From positions 1 through 48,237 of the forward strand of contig JBBTWJ010000011.1 in NCBI GenBank assembly GCA_038062895.1: a stretch of 48,237 nt of DNA, written 5' to 3'. The notes under the pieces were generated by a model that saw nothing but the letters and a program-made list of their open reading frames with translations, was not told the DNA's origin and searched no databases. This stretch comes from Patescibacteria group bacterium (GTDB lineage Bacteria; Patescibacteriota; Microgenomatia; UBA10105; UBA927). This document shows positions 36,810 through 45,011 of the stretch, piece after piece; position 1 is the stretch's first letter, and each line of letters starts with the position of its first letter. The position numbers and the translations under genes were made by a program.

Positions 36810-38552
36810 TTATTTGTATATTGATACCGTGGTATTGCTGAATACCTTCTGGAGGCTAATAGATAATCGGCGGGAAGGTGTCGTGATGATATACCCAATC
36901 CGGTGGTCTTTGAGGAATTGCGCCGCATCCTTCTTATTCATCTTTCCCCCAAAAAACTCCTGCCTTCGAGCTTCCTTCACGTCCGGATAAAGCGTATGGA
37001 TGGGGTGACCGGAGAAGGAAATTTTTTCTGTGAAGACGGGGACGAGGATTTCGATAGGGATCGTCGGATCAACCAGCACGACCTGACGCTCCATAACGGG
37101 GTTCAACCCCGTAATCCCGGCGGCAAGCTTGATTGAGTCATCGTTTTTTATCCACGTTAATGCTTCCACGATTGGCGTGGGCACGTGGTTGTAGACCGTA
37201 TCCATGAGGAGTTGGGGGTTGCGTGCCGGAGTGATTCTATCCGTGAATTGCTTGGCGAGGGGAGGGACGGTGAGGAGCAGATACATGACGATCAATATCG
37301 CGCGGATACTATTGATAGAATACTTATTTTTTAGCCGGTGATGCAGGAAGACAGATAATTGAACCAATCCGTCCACCCCGAGTATGGCGATGGCCGCGGC
37401 ATACGGCACAGGGTGTAGCATGCGCACAGGCGAAAGTTCAAGAAATCTGGGGATCGGCGAGAGAAATAATACAAAGGATATGACTCCCCAGGTGATGAAC
37501 AGGATATGCAGAGGATTTTTTTCTTTGAACACATTTCGTATTCCGAATGGGATAAAAAGCAATACCGGACCTATAGAAAGCAGGATGTTTGGGAGACTAT
37601 TGGAAGTATATTGTGCCAATTCCCAGGCGCGCGCTGCGACGAAGACATCTTGTTGGGCAAATTCCTGATTGGTCATCCATGCGCCGAAGCCGCCCGCCAA
37701 GAGAAGTATTCCCAGGGGTAGGAAATTCCAGCGGTTGCTGATGACGGTCGTCCCGCCAGCCGCAATAACAAGGAGGAGCATTTGGACAGGATTCGCTGAA
37801 CCGGCAAAAAACGCAAGCAGAATCAGGAATATCGAATGATGAATCAGGGAATAGAATAAATTGATTTTTTTCGTAATTCCTGATTTCTGCCTGCCCGCCG
37901 AAACCCCAGTGAAGGAGGGATTCCTAATTCGATCCGATGATTGTATTGACAAGAATTGGCTTACTATCATTGCCAGCAATATAAACAATATGGACTGCAC
38001 TACCTGGTAGGGTACGCCCCCAAGCCTGTTAAACACCGGCGCCGGCGAGAACCAGAATTGTCCCAGAAGTTCTCCTTGAGAAAAATTTAAAAAACTTAGC
38101 TTCGCAAGGCCAGGCCTTGCGAAGCTAATAAAATTTGTTGATGTAAGGATTAGGAGCCAGGTGGTGAGCCGGAGGAGCATATTTGTCGGATAAAGAAGCT
38201 TTGAGAGCAGATACCACGCCAGGCAAAGCACTATGACGAACAAAAACAGGCTTATGTTGTAGGTCGCAAACGGGGACAGCCCAACCCAGCTCCCGAGATG
38301 GCCTAGGGTCACGTTAAACCAGTAATACCAGGTGGACGAGGTAGGTTCGTTGGTGAAAAGTTGGTTGCTCCATACCCACCGTCCCGCGGCTCCTTGGGCC
38401 ATCTGTCCGGTGTAGAGAAAATAGTCGGCAAACGAATGGGCGATGCCGGTAAACGTTTCTCCGGGTTTATTGAGGGTCCACTGGAGGATGACGTGGAAGC
38501 TGTTGAGAATCGCAATGCCGATAGAGATTGCAAGGACTATAATGAGTTCCAT
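36810..38552 (-). CDS. Multi-pass membrane protein, probable GT-C glycosyltransferase
   Basis: DYFLYTGQMAQG, FTNEP, C-terminal GHPIHT; paralog of 2112/4020/38616. Confidence 0.6.
   Translation of the reverse strand: MELIIVLAISIGIAILNSFHVILQWTLNKPGETFTGIAHSFADYFLYTGQMAQGAAGRWVWSNQLFTNEPTSSTWYYWFNVTLGHLGSWVGLSPFATYNISLFLFVIVLCLAWYLLSKLLYPTNMLLRLTTWLLILTSTNFISFARPGLAKLSFLNFSQGELLGQFWFSPAPVFNRLGGVPYQVVQSILFILLAMIVSQFLSIQSSDRIRNPSFTGVSAGRQKSGITKKINLFYSLIHHSIFLILLAFFAGSANPVQMLLLVIAAGGTTVISNRWNFLPLGILLLAGGFGAWMTNQEFAQQDVFVAARAWELAQYTSNSLPNILLSIGPVLLFIPFGIRNVFKEKNPLHILFITWGVISFVLFLSPIPRFLELSPVRMLHPVPYAAAIAILGVDGLVQLSVFLHHRLKNKYSINSIRAILIVMYLLLTVPPLAKQFTDRITPARNPQLLMDTVYNHVPTPIVEALTWIKNDDSIKLAAGITGLNPVMERQVVLVDPTIPIEILVPVFTEKISFSGHPIHTLYPDVKEARRQEFFGGKMNKKDAAQFLKDHRIGYIITTPSRRLSISLQKVFSNTTVSIYK
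37821..37935. repeat. Opposed heptamer arrays with a nested GC-rich mini-insert (37890..37919), in-frame
   Basis: AATCAGG units / TTCCTGA units; CCTGCCCGCCGAAACCCCAGTGAAGGAGGG is related to 39116..39136. Confidence 0.65.
38098..38126. repeat. Family A REP, in-frame (SFARPGLAKL on - strand)
   Basis: AGCTTCGCAAGGCCAGGCCTTGCGAAGCT. Confidence 0.95.
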
Positions 38553-38566
38553 AGTATAGCCAAAGA

Positions 38567-38595
38567 CTGGATCCCCGATTAGATCGGGGATGACA
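38567..38595. repeat. Family C half element, intergenic
   Basis: CTGGATCCCCGATTAGATCGGGGATGACA. Confidence 0.85.
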
Positions 38596-38615
38596 AAAGT
38601 ATAGTTAAATAGTTA

Positions 38616-40289
38616 TCAAGATTCCAGCGCTGTCGCGTGGGAGTTGGTAAAAATAATTTTAAGAAACGGAAGGCCAAGCCAAAACCGTTTGATGTCGCCG
38701 TCAAATTGAGTAAAAAGAACGTAGCGGATGTTATTAGTTTTTAACCATTCTTTGGCTTCAATTGCTGTCATTTTTAATTGAAAAAATTTCATTGCTCCGG
38801 CTTTTTTTTGTTCATTATTGATCGTCGCAAACGGGTGGCCGGTGTACCCCGTGTGGCCGGAGAGGGCGGGGAGTATCGCATCCATGTGACTTGCAGGGTT
38901 AGCAAGCACGATATCGTCAAAACTTCCCGCAGTTCGTAGATACGTAAACGCCTGATATACGTCAGTAGTGAGATAGAGGAGTGGTATGCGTTCCTCGGGC
39001 TTCACGGCCAATTTTTGTCCCAGTTCCCACTTGAGGGTGGGGAGGGAGACGAGAAAAAAAAGCAAAGACAATAGGACGGTAAGAAAAGTTTTATTCATTG
39101 TCATCCTCGGGCTTGCCTGCCCGCCGAAATGGAGGGACCCGAGGATCCAGTTTATGAAATTCTGGATTCTCGCGCCTAGCGCGGGAATGACAAGGAGGGA
39201 TGCAATTGTCTCTAGCCCCACGACTCCCAGGATGCCCCATGCGGCATACATGGCGGGAAATAGGACACGGCTGTTGGAAATGCCAATGAGCTTGGGGATG
39301 GGCGAGAAATAGAGCGCGTAACAGGCGATCAGGAGGACTATTGAAAACAGTTCGATCGGGCGGGCGCGTTTGAATACAGATAGCGCCCCAATGAACCCGA
39401 TGATGCTTATCGGTCCTATAGAAAGGAGCATAAAGAGTGGCGTCGTGGTGATTTGCTGTCCTGCTTCCCAGAGTTTAGAAAGATTGTGGGGTGGTTCTCC
39501 TGAAATCAAATTATAATACCAGACAGTCGCACTCACTCCGATGCTCGTTACAAAGAGAATCACCCATGACGTTTTCTGTTTGGGGAGCATCATGATCTGT
39601 GTGACCCAGAGCGCTCCGAGAAAGATCGCACTCATGACGGGATTTAACGTGGAAAGCAAGACCAGTGAGGCCAGTGAGACCAGTAATGAAAGGAGGGCAG
39701 GAATTTTTTTTGGTCGAAGGAAAAACCAGGCATGCATAGCGAGGAGAAAAAGAAGCGTTTGGACGAGTTGGTGGGGGACGCCGCCGAGGCGGTCGAGGGC
39801 AAAGTTCGGGGTTTTCCAGAGTTGAAACGGATACCACATGGGATTACCGTTGACCCAGATATGATTGATGAGTGACGTCGCGAGGGTAGCAAAAAGAAAT
39901 CCCATCAACGTCTTGATTTTATCCTTCGGAAATGTATGAGCCACGAGAGAGGAGATCATGATTAATACGGCGAAGGAAAGGAGCATGACGGACAGGTTAT
40001 AGCTTATCTCCGGGGAAAGTCCCAACGCGCCGCCGAGTTTGCCCAGAAGTATATTGGGCCAAAAAAGAATGCTCGCGGGAGTAGATTCACTTGTATAACG
40101 ATTCAAGGTCAGCCACCCGCCATGGGCGCCCTGGAAAAATTGATTGAGGTAGAGGAAGTAATCTTCGTAATAATGCGTCGTCCCCAGATATACTTCTCCT
40201 GGCCGCGTTCCCATGACACCCGAGAGGAAATTAGCGGAGTTGGCCAGCGTCAGGATGAGGGCTATGAAGACCGCCAAGAGTGCGCCCAT
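38616..40289 (-). CDS. Multi-pass membrane protein, probable GT-C glycosyltransferase
   Basis: EDYFLYLNQFFQG, YTSE, LPALSGH..YTGHPFAT; start taken at ATG 40289. Confidence 0.6.
   Translation of the reverse strand: MGALLAVFIALILTLANSANFLSGVMGTRPGEVYLGTTHYYEDYFLYLNQFFQGAHGGWLTLNRYTSESTPASILFWPNILLGKLGGALGLSPEISYNLSVMLLSFAVLIMISSLVAHTFPKDKIKTLMGFLFATLATSLINHIWVNGNPMWYPFQLWKTPNFALDRLGGVPHQLVQTLLFLLAMHAWFFLRPKKIPALLSLLVSLASLVLLSTLNPVMSAIFLGALWVTQIMMLPKQKTSWVILFVTSIGVSATVWYYNLISGEPPHNLSKLWEAGQQITTTPLFMLLSIGPISIIGFIGALSVFKRARPIELFSIVLLIACYALYFSPIPKLIGISNSRVLFPAMYAAWGILGVVGLETIASLLVIPALGARIQNFINWILGSLHFGGQASPRMTMNKTFLTVLLSLLFFLVSLPTLKWELGQKLAVKPEERIPLLYLTTDVYQAFTYLRTAGSFDDIVLANPASHMDAILPALSGHTGYTGHPFATINNEQKKAGAMKFFQLKMTAIEAKEWLKTNNIRYVLFTQFDGDIKRFWLGLPFLKIIFTNSHATALES
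39099..39192. repeat. Family C element with 21-bp nested insert, in-frame
   Basis: TGTCATCCTCGGGCTTG[CCTGCCCGCCGAAATGGAGGG]ACCCGAGGATCCAG...CTGGATTCTCGCGCCTAGCGCGGGAATGACA. Confidence 0.9.
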
Positions 40290-40290
40290 A

Positions 40291-40578
40291 TTATGAGAAT
40301 GAAATGCGCAGATTCGTGCCCAGCGCTGCGGCGATGCGTTTGAGAAACGAAAGCGATGGGTTGCCGGACATAGCTTCCACGCGTGATATAGCCGCCTGAG
40401 AGGTTTTGACCCGTTTTGCCAAATCTCTTTGGGAAAGTTTTTTTGCGAGCCGACGCTCGATGACAGCCTTGGAGACGAGATATTCCGCTTCAGATTCCTT
40501 CCATGCTTTTCGGAAATCCGGGTCCTTGAGCCGTTCCTTGAGATCTTCTTCAAATGTATAAAATCCTTTTGTATTCAT
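40291..40578 (-). CDS. XRE-family HTH antitoxin (HigA-like)
   Basis: LSQRDLAKRVKTSQAAISRVE...NPSL..L.RIA.ALG. Confidence 0.85.
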   Translation of the reverse strand: MNTKGFYTFEEDLKERLKDPDFRKAWKESEAEYLVSKAVIERRLAKKLSQRDLAKRVKTSQAAISRVEAMSGNPSLSFLKRIAAALGTNLRISFS

Positions 40579-40586
40579 GATTGGAC

Positions 40587-40604
40587 GATATCATATATGA
40601 TATC
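40587..40604. promoter_or_regulatory. Perfect 18-bp palindrome, putative operator
   Basis: GATATCATATATGATATC overlapping TTGACT-N17-TATCGT on the - strand, upstream of the HTH gene. Confidence 0.55.
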
Positions 40605-40609
40605 AAGAG

Positions 40610-40951
40610 TCAAGACCTTTTCCATTCACCTAGGCGTTTCATGGTCGTTGCGATCTCCTTTAGTGGTGTTTCTTGAGTCTTTTTGATAAACCCATGGAGT
40701 ACGATGATCGCATGTTCGTGACGGGTCACATAGATAACGCGGATATTATCTTTTCCGAGGATTCGGATTTCCCATAACGGCAGTCCGGAGAGTTTTTTTG
40801 TGTGGGGGAGCACAGAGAGGATGCCATATTCTTTTATCTGAGAGATGATGCGTATCACTTTGGCAGCAGCATGGTTTTCCAAAGAATCCAAAAATTCTTT
40901 AAATGGATTTTTTCCGCCAGCAGAAGAATAGTAGAAAACTTCCGTTTTCAT
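40610..40951 (-). CDS. RelE/ParE-superfamily toxin (Gp49/HigB-like)
   Basis: PHTKKL.G..LWEIR, RVIY, LHGFIKKTQETP.KEI. Confidence 0.85.
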   Translation of the reverse strand: MKTEVFYYSSAGGKNPFKEFLDSLENHAAAKVIRIISQIKEYGILSVLPHTKKLSGLPLWEIRILGKDNIRVIYVTRHEHAIIVLHGFIKKTQETPLKEIATTMKRLGEWKRS

Positions 40952-40985
40952 GATCGCTTGCTATTCTATGCTACAATCTGACCTG

Positions 40986-41972
40986 ATGCAACGTACTTTT
41001 GTTGGTAAAAACATCCTGATCACCGGAGGCTTGGGGTTTATCGGGAGTAACCTGGCGATTGCTTTGGTGAACGCTGGATCGAACGTGACTATTCTCGACA
41101 ATCTCACGCCGGGGCTGGGGGGAAATATTTTTAATATTGAACCCGTAAAAGATACCGTAACGATCATCAAAAGCGATATCCGTGACGCGCGGGAGATCGC
41201 TAAGGCCGTGAAGGGCAAGGATTATATTTTTCATTTAGCCCGTCAAACCGATCATATTTTGAGTCTTACCGATCCGTTCCCGGATATAGATGTGAACATC
41301 CGCGGCACGGCGGTTCTCTTGGAAGCGTGCAAAAAATATAATGCTTCTGTCCGTTTGATCTACGCCGGGACGCGGGGGCAGTATGGGAAACAAGTGAAAT
41401 TGCCAGTGTCCGAAACGGCGCCGACCAATCCGCGCGGCATGTACGAGATTACCAATCTTACCGCCGAAAAAATGGTACTGGTCTACCATGATGTGCATGG
41501 TATCGCGTCCATCTGTTTACGGCTTACCAATATCTACGGTCCCAGAAGCCAAATGAAACACGACCACTACGGCGTCGTCAATTGGTTTGTGCGGCTTGCC
41601 ATGGAAGGGAAAACGATTCCGGTGTATGGCGACGGGAAACTCAAACGGGATTTTATTTTCATCGATGATTGTATTGATGCTATGTTGCGATGCGCCGCGA
41701 CAACGGCGTGTTACGGAGAAGTGATCAACGTCGGCCAGCCCACGGCGAGCGATTTTCTTACGCTTGCCAAAGCAATCGTTCGTGCTGCCGGATCGGGGCA
41801 GGTCAAACGGACACCATTTTCCAAAGAGCGTGCCGCCCAGGAGCCGGGCGACTTCACGAGCGATATCAGGAAAATCACGAAGCTTACCGGCTGGAAACCG
41901 CAGATGTCTCTACTGGAAGGGATCAGAAAAACTGTGGTATACTATAAAAAATATAAGGAGCGGTATTGGTGA
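40986..41972 (+). CDS. NAD-dependent epimerase/dehydratase
   Basis: TGGLGFIG, RLTNIYGPR, RDFIFIDD; YEITN in place of the canonical YxxxK. Confidence 0.85.
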   Translation: MQRTFVGKNILITGGLGFIGSNLAIALVNAGSNVTILDNLTPGLGGNIFNIEPVKDTVTIIKSDIRDAREIAKAVKGKDYIFHLARQTDHILSLTDPFPDIDVNIRGTAVLLEACKKYNASVRLIYAGTRGQYGKQVKLPVSETAPTNPRGMYEITNLTAEKMVLVYHDVHGIASICLRLTNIYGPRSQMKHDHYGVVNWFVRLAMEGKTIPVYGDGKLKRDFIFIDDCIDAMLRCAATTACYGEVINVGQPTASDFLTLAKAIVRAAGSGQVKRTPFSKERAAQEPGDFTSDIRKITKLTGWKPQMSLLEGIRKTVVYYKKYKERYW

Positions 41973-41997
41973 GGAGTACAGCGGGTTATTCGATGAT

Positions 41998-42288
41998 ATG
42001 CATGTTGATGATTTGAAAAAAAAGTTAATAGATGGTAGTTTAGGTGGCAGACAAGAACAAGCCGGACCCCATGGACTTGCCAATGCTTTCACTGGATTAA
42101 TGCTTGGTGTAGCCAGTTGCGAATTTTTACCAGAAAAAAAAGCAGAGCTCTTGAATCAGTATGGATTTGCATCGCTTCAAGAATTAAAAGATGCAATGGC
42201 AACTCTTAAAGAAGAACTCCGTTCTGAACTTACCCCTGAGGCGTTTAACGGATACTTTCGTGAAGGGACAGGAAGTAAAGAAGGATGA
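41998..42288 (+). CDS. Hypothetical protein (AT-richer orphan)
   Basis: 96-aa helical-looking ORF from ATG 41998 in a gap. Confidence 0.5.
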   Translation: MHVDDLKKKLIDGSLGGRQEQAGPHGLANAFTGLMLGVASCEFLPEKKAELLNQYGFASLQELKDAMATLKEELRSELTPEAFNGYFREGTGSKEG

Positions 42289-42341
42289 CCCTCAACGATA
42301 GTAGTAATATACGGTGATACACCTGTGGTAAGATATTTCTC

Positions 42342-43133
42342 ATGGTGAAGCTTTCTTCTCTCTCCCTCCTCATCCCGGCCTACAATGACGAGACGACGAT
42401 AGAAAAGGTCGTGGCAGAAGCTATTGCTGTGGGCAAGCGCGTGGCCAAGAAATTTGAGATTGTTGTCGTCAACGATGGATCGACGGACGCTACTGCCAGC
42501 CTCGCAAGGTACTACCTTGCGAGGCTGCACGCAAAAGGCAGACTCATTATCCACACTGTCAATCAGGGATATGGCCGGACGATTAAGGAATTGTATTACG
42601 CAGGGATATACGACTGGCTCTTTACGATCCCCGGAGATTATCAGATCGGGGCACGGGAGCTTGAGACAATAATAAATAGCCGTGGTTTTTTTCTGTCATC
42701 CCCGCGCAGGCGGGGATCCAGCCCTAAAAAGATGGATTCCCGTTTTCACGGGAATGACAACATTAGTATTCACCCTGATATGATCCTCGGCTGGCGGGTC
42801 AAGAGAAATGATCCATCCAACAGACTTCTTTCTTCATGGATATACAATACGCTCCTCCGATGGCTCTTTGGTATCACTTTACATGACATCAATTCCGTCC
42901 GGCTCATGCGCCGATCAATACTGAAGAACATAACGCTCACATCACATTCTGCCTTCGTCGACGCAGAGCTCGTCATCCGCGCTATGAAGTTGGGCTATAC
43001 TATTGCAGAAGTTCCCATTGTGCATCGCGCTAGGAGCGACGATCGCCCCGGCGGCGGCAACCAATGGGGGACGATGTGGAAAACAGTGAGGGAGATGATA
43101 AATTTTAAAATCCAGACCAATCCAGACCAATAA
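42342..43133 (+). CDS. GT2 glycosyltransferase with two in-frame palindromic inserts
   Basis: IPAYND, VNDGSTD, NQGYG, PGDYQ, HDIN. Confidence 0.85.
   Translation: MVKLSSLSLLIPAYNDETTIEKVVAEAIAVGKRVAKKFEIVVVNDGSTDATASLARYYLARLHAKGRLIIHTVNQGYGRTIKELYYAGIYDWLFTIPGDYQIGARELETIINSRGFFLSSPRRRGSSPKKMDSRFHGNDNISIHPDMILGWRVKRNDPSNRLLSSWIYNTLLRWLFGITLHDINSVRLMRRSILKNITLTSHSAFVDAELVIRAMKLGYTIAEVPIVHRARSDDRPGGGNQWGTMWKTVREMINFKIQTNPDQ
42498..42526. repeat. Family B REP, in-frame (SLARYYLARL)
   Basis: AGCCTCGCAAGGTACTACCTTGCGAGGCT. Confidence 0.95.
42694..42759. repeat. Family C element, in-frame (66 bp)
   Basis: TGTCATCCCCGCGCAGGCGGGGATCCAG...TGGATTCCCGTTTTCACGGGAATGACA. Confidence 0.9.
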
Positions 43134-43183
43134 CCCAATGAATGAACTAATGAACGTAATGATTAAATTAGTTGATCATTTTG

Positions 43184-43228
43184 TCATTCATTGGTCGGAT
43201 TGGTAAATTGGTATGTATTGGTCGGATT
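43184..43228. repeat. Left arm of a perfect 45-bp inverted repeat around 43234..44892
   Basis: TCATTCATTGGTCGGATTGGTAAATTGGTATGTATTGGTCGGATT. Confidence 0.9.
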
Positions 43229-43233
43229 AAACT

Positions 43234-44892
43234 ATGCAAACGAGGGACATACGAAGAATTATCGTATATATGATGATCATCGGGTCAACCGTGCTCCTCG
43301 CGGTTCTCCTGAACTGGCATTTTCAGCTTGGTCTCACGCGGTATTTTGATGTTGATGAATTTGCGCATTTGTCCTGGGCGTATCAAATGTTTTCCGGACG
43401 CAGGCCGTATGTGGACTTTCTTTTTTTCTTTCCGCCGGGGTTTCATCTCTTCCTCATGCCGCTTTTTGCATTCGGCGCAGGAATTGCGCCCATCCTTGCT
43501 GCCCGTGTGTTTGCCTTCATCGTGTTTGTGGCGCTCGTTGTGGTGACGATGTTTGTTTTTTGGCTTATGCGCCGATCTTGGGTTGCGATAGTGGCCGGTG
43601 TGTTTCTGGCATTTCTGCCCATGCCGTTTGATAAATTTTTGGAGATCCGTCCGGATACGCTCGCCGTCCTATTTGCGATGGTTGGGTTGGTGTACCAAAT
43701 TTTAGCCGTAAAAGGCCTCGCCTTTACAGGCCAAAAGATGAAACCGTATTTTTTGTGTGCAGGTATCTTTTACGGAGTATCCCTTCTCATCCTTCCCAAA
43801 ACTCTCCCCCAGGTGGGGGTAGCGGTGTTGATCGAGGCGCTTCGTGCTATCCGATTCCCGGAATTTAAAAAGCAATTCCGGGAATCTTTCAAAGGGTTTT
43901 GGAATCTTCTCGCCGGAATAAGTATACCCATGCTCTTTTTTGCTTTCTGGACGCTTAGTTTAGGCAATATTGATCAGGTATGGTACTCGCTTACTAAACT
44001 CCCTGTTGAGGCCAATAAAATCAGCCAAACGTTCATCATGATGCCGGATCTGTTCTTTTATCCCAACGTCACGTTTTACGGGGCGGCAGGATGGGGGACG
44101 GGACTGGTCGTCAATCACGCAATCTGGCTTGTCGCCATCTTCGTTGGAATATATAGACTGGTTGCGCCGTTTTTGAGTGTCACCCCCGCGCACGCGGGGG
44201 TCCAGAGAAAGACAAAAACCTCAAAAGACTGGATTCCCGCCTTCGCGGGAATGACTAATAAAGAGTCGACCCCGGCAGGACCCCCCAATGAAGTTTGGTC
44301 TGAACTGCTCATCGCTGTTACGTTCATCATCTACATCATTTTTTATGTCCAGATCGTGCCGCTTAAACATACCCAATATCTCATCCCCATCGCCGTCTTT
44401 ATCGCATTTTACGCCGCTGACGCCGTCGACATGCTGTGGCGAAAATCATTTGAGCTTTCGAAAAACTATGCTCATTTACTCCCGACCGGAGTTTTTTTCG
44501 CATTGTTTCTATTGGGTTCTATCCGGCTTATGCAGGTATTTATAGCGGTCAATGAGCCCAAACGCGCGTGGACCAACGCCGATACCATCAAACATCTTAC
44601 CGCTCTTTATACAACAATTCCTCAGACCGAATACATCCTTGATCTGACCGGGGAAACCCTCTACTATAAGCATCCATATGTGGTCTGCTGTACGCCGTTT
44701 GGGCAATCAGCGCCATACCTGTCCCGCCCCCTGCCCTCACTTATTCAATCTTTAGAAAAAACAAATACCAAATATATTTTTGAAGGCGGCGTCAAGCGCG
44801 TGACGACGCTTTTGCCCGGGGACCAATCCTATATTGCAGCTCACTATCTGCCCAGCCCAACGATAGGGGGACTACTTGTGAGAAAGAAATAA
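43234..44892 (+). CDS. GT-C fold membrane glycosyltransferase; paralog of 193..2025
   Basis: FDVDEFAHL, GRRPYVDF..FFPPGF, EIRPD, CCTPF. Confidence 0.7.
   Translation: MQTRDIRRIIVYMMIIGSTVLLAVLLNWHFQLGLTRYFDVDEFAHLSWAYQMFSGRRPYVDFLFFFPPGFHLFLMPLFAFGAGIAPILAARVFAFIVFVALVVVTMFVFWLMRRSWVAIVAGVFLAFLPMPFDKFLEIRPDTLAVLFAMVGLVYQILAVKGLAFTGQKMKPYFLCAGIFYGVSLLILPKTLPQVGVAVLIEALRAIRFPEFKKQFRESFKGFWNLLAGISIPMLFFAFWTLSLGNIDQVWYSLTKLPVEANKISQTFIMMPDLFFYPNVTFYGAAGWGTGLVVNHAIWLVAIFVGIYRLVAPFLSVTPAHAGVQRKTKTSKDWIPAFAGMTNKESTPAGPPNEVWSELLIAVTFIIYIIFYVQIVPLKHTQYLIPIAVFIAFYAADAVDMLWRKSFELSKNYAHLLPTGVFFALFLLGSIRLMQVFIAVNEPKRAWTNADTIKHLTALYTTIPQTEYILDLTGETLYYKHPYVVCCTPFGQSAPYLSRPLPSLIQSLEKTNTKYIFEGGVKRVTTLLPGDQSYIAAHYLPSPTIGGLLVRKK
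43704..43731. repeat. Degenerate REP-like hairpin, in-frame
   Basis: AGCCGTAAAAGGC-CTC-GCCTTTACAGGC; at the same protein position as the 1543..1571 hairpin in the paralog. Confidence 0.55.
44179..44255. repeat. Family C element, in-frame
   Basis: GTCACCCCCGCGCACGCGGGGGTCCAG...CTGGATTCCCGCCTTCGCGGGAATGAC. Confidence 0.9.
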
Positions 44893-44936
44893 ATCCGACC
44901 AATACATACCAATTTACCAATCCGACCAATGAATGA
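44892..44936. repeat. Right arm of the perfect 45-bp inverted repeat
   Basis: AATCCGACCAATACATACCAATTTACCAATCCGACCAATGAATGA, the exact reverse complement of 43184..43228. Confidence 0.9.
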
Positions 44937-45011
44937 AAAGCCAATAACATCAAAATGTTTGAATGATTGAAAACATTGACATATTATTTTTATTTCATCA
45001 TTTATTGGGTT

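Noticed and set aside
40290-40553. N-terminal extension of ORF 38616..40553
   Set aside because: It overlaps the HTH antitoxin in another frame; paralogs begin with the TM helix at ATG 40289.
3729-42341. Integron cassette array explaining the orphans and TA modules
   Set aside because: No IntI and no consistent attC-like RYYYAAC...GTTRRRY sites were recognised.
4889-42526. 29-bp palindromic repeats as a CRISPR array
   Set aside because: The copies are dispersed over kilobases with no regular spacers, and no cas genes are present.
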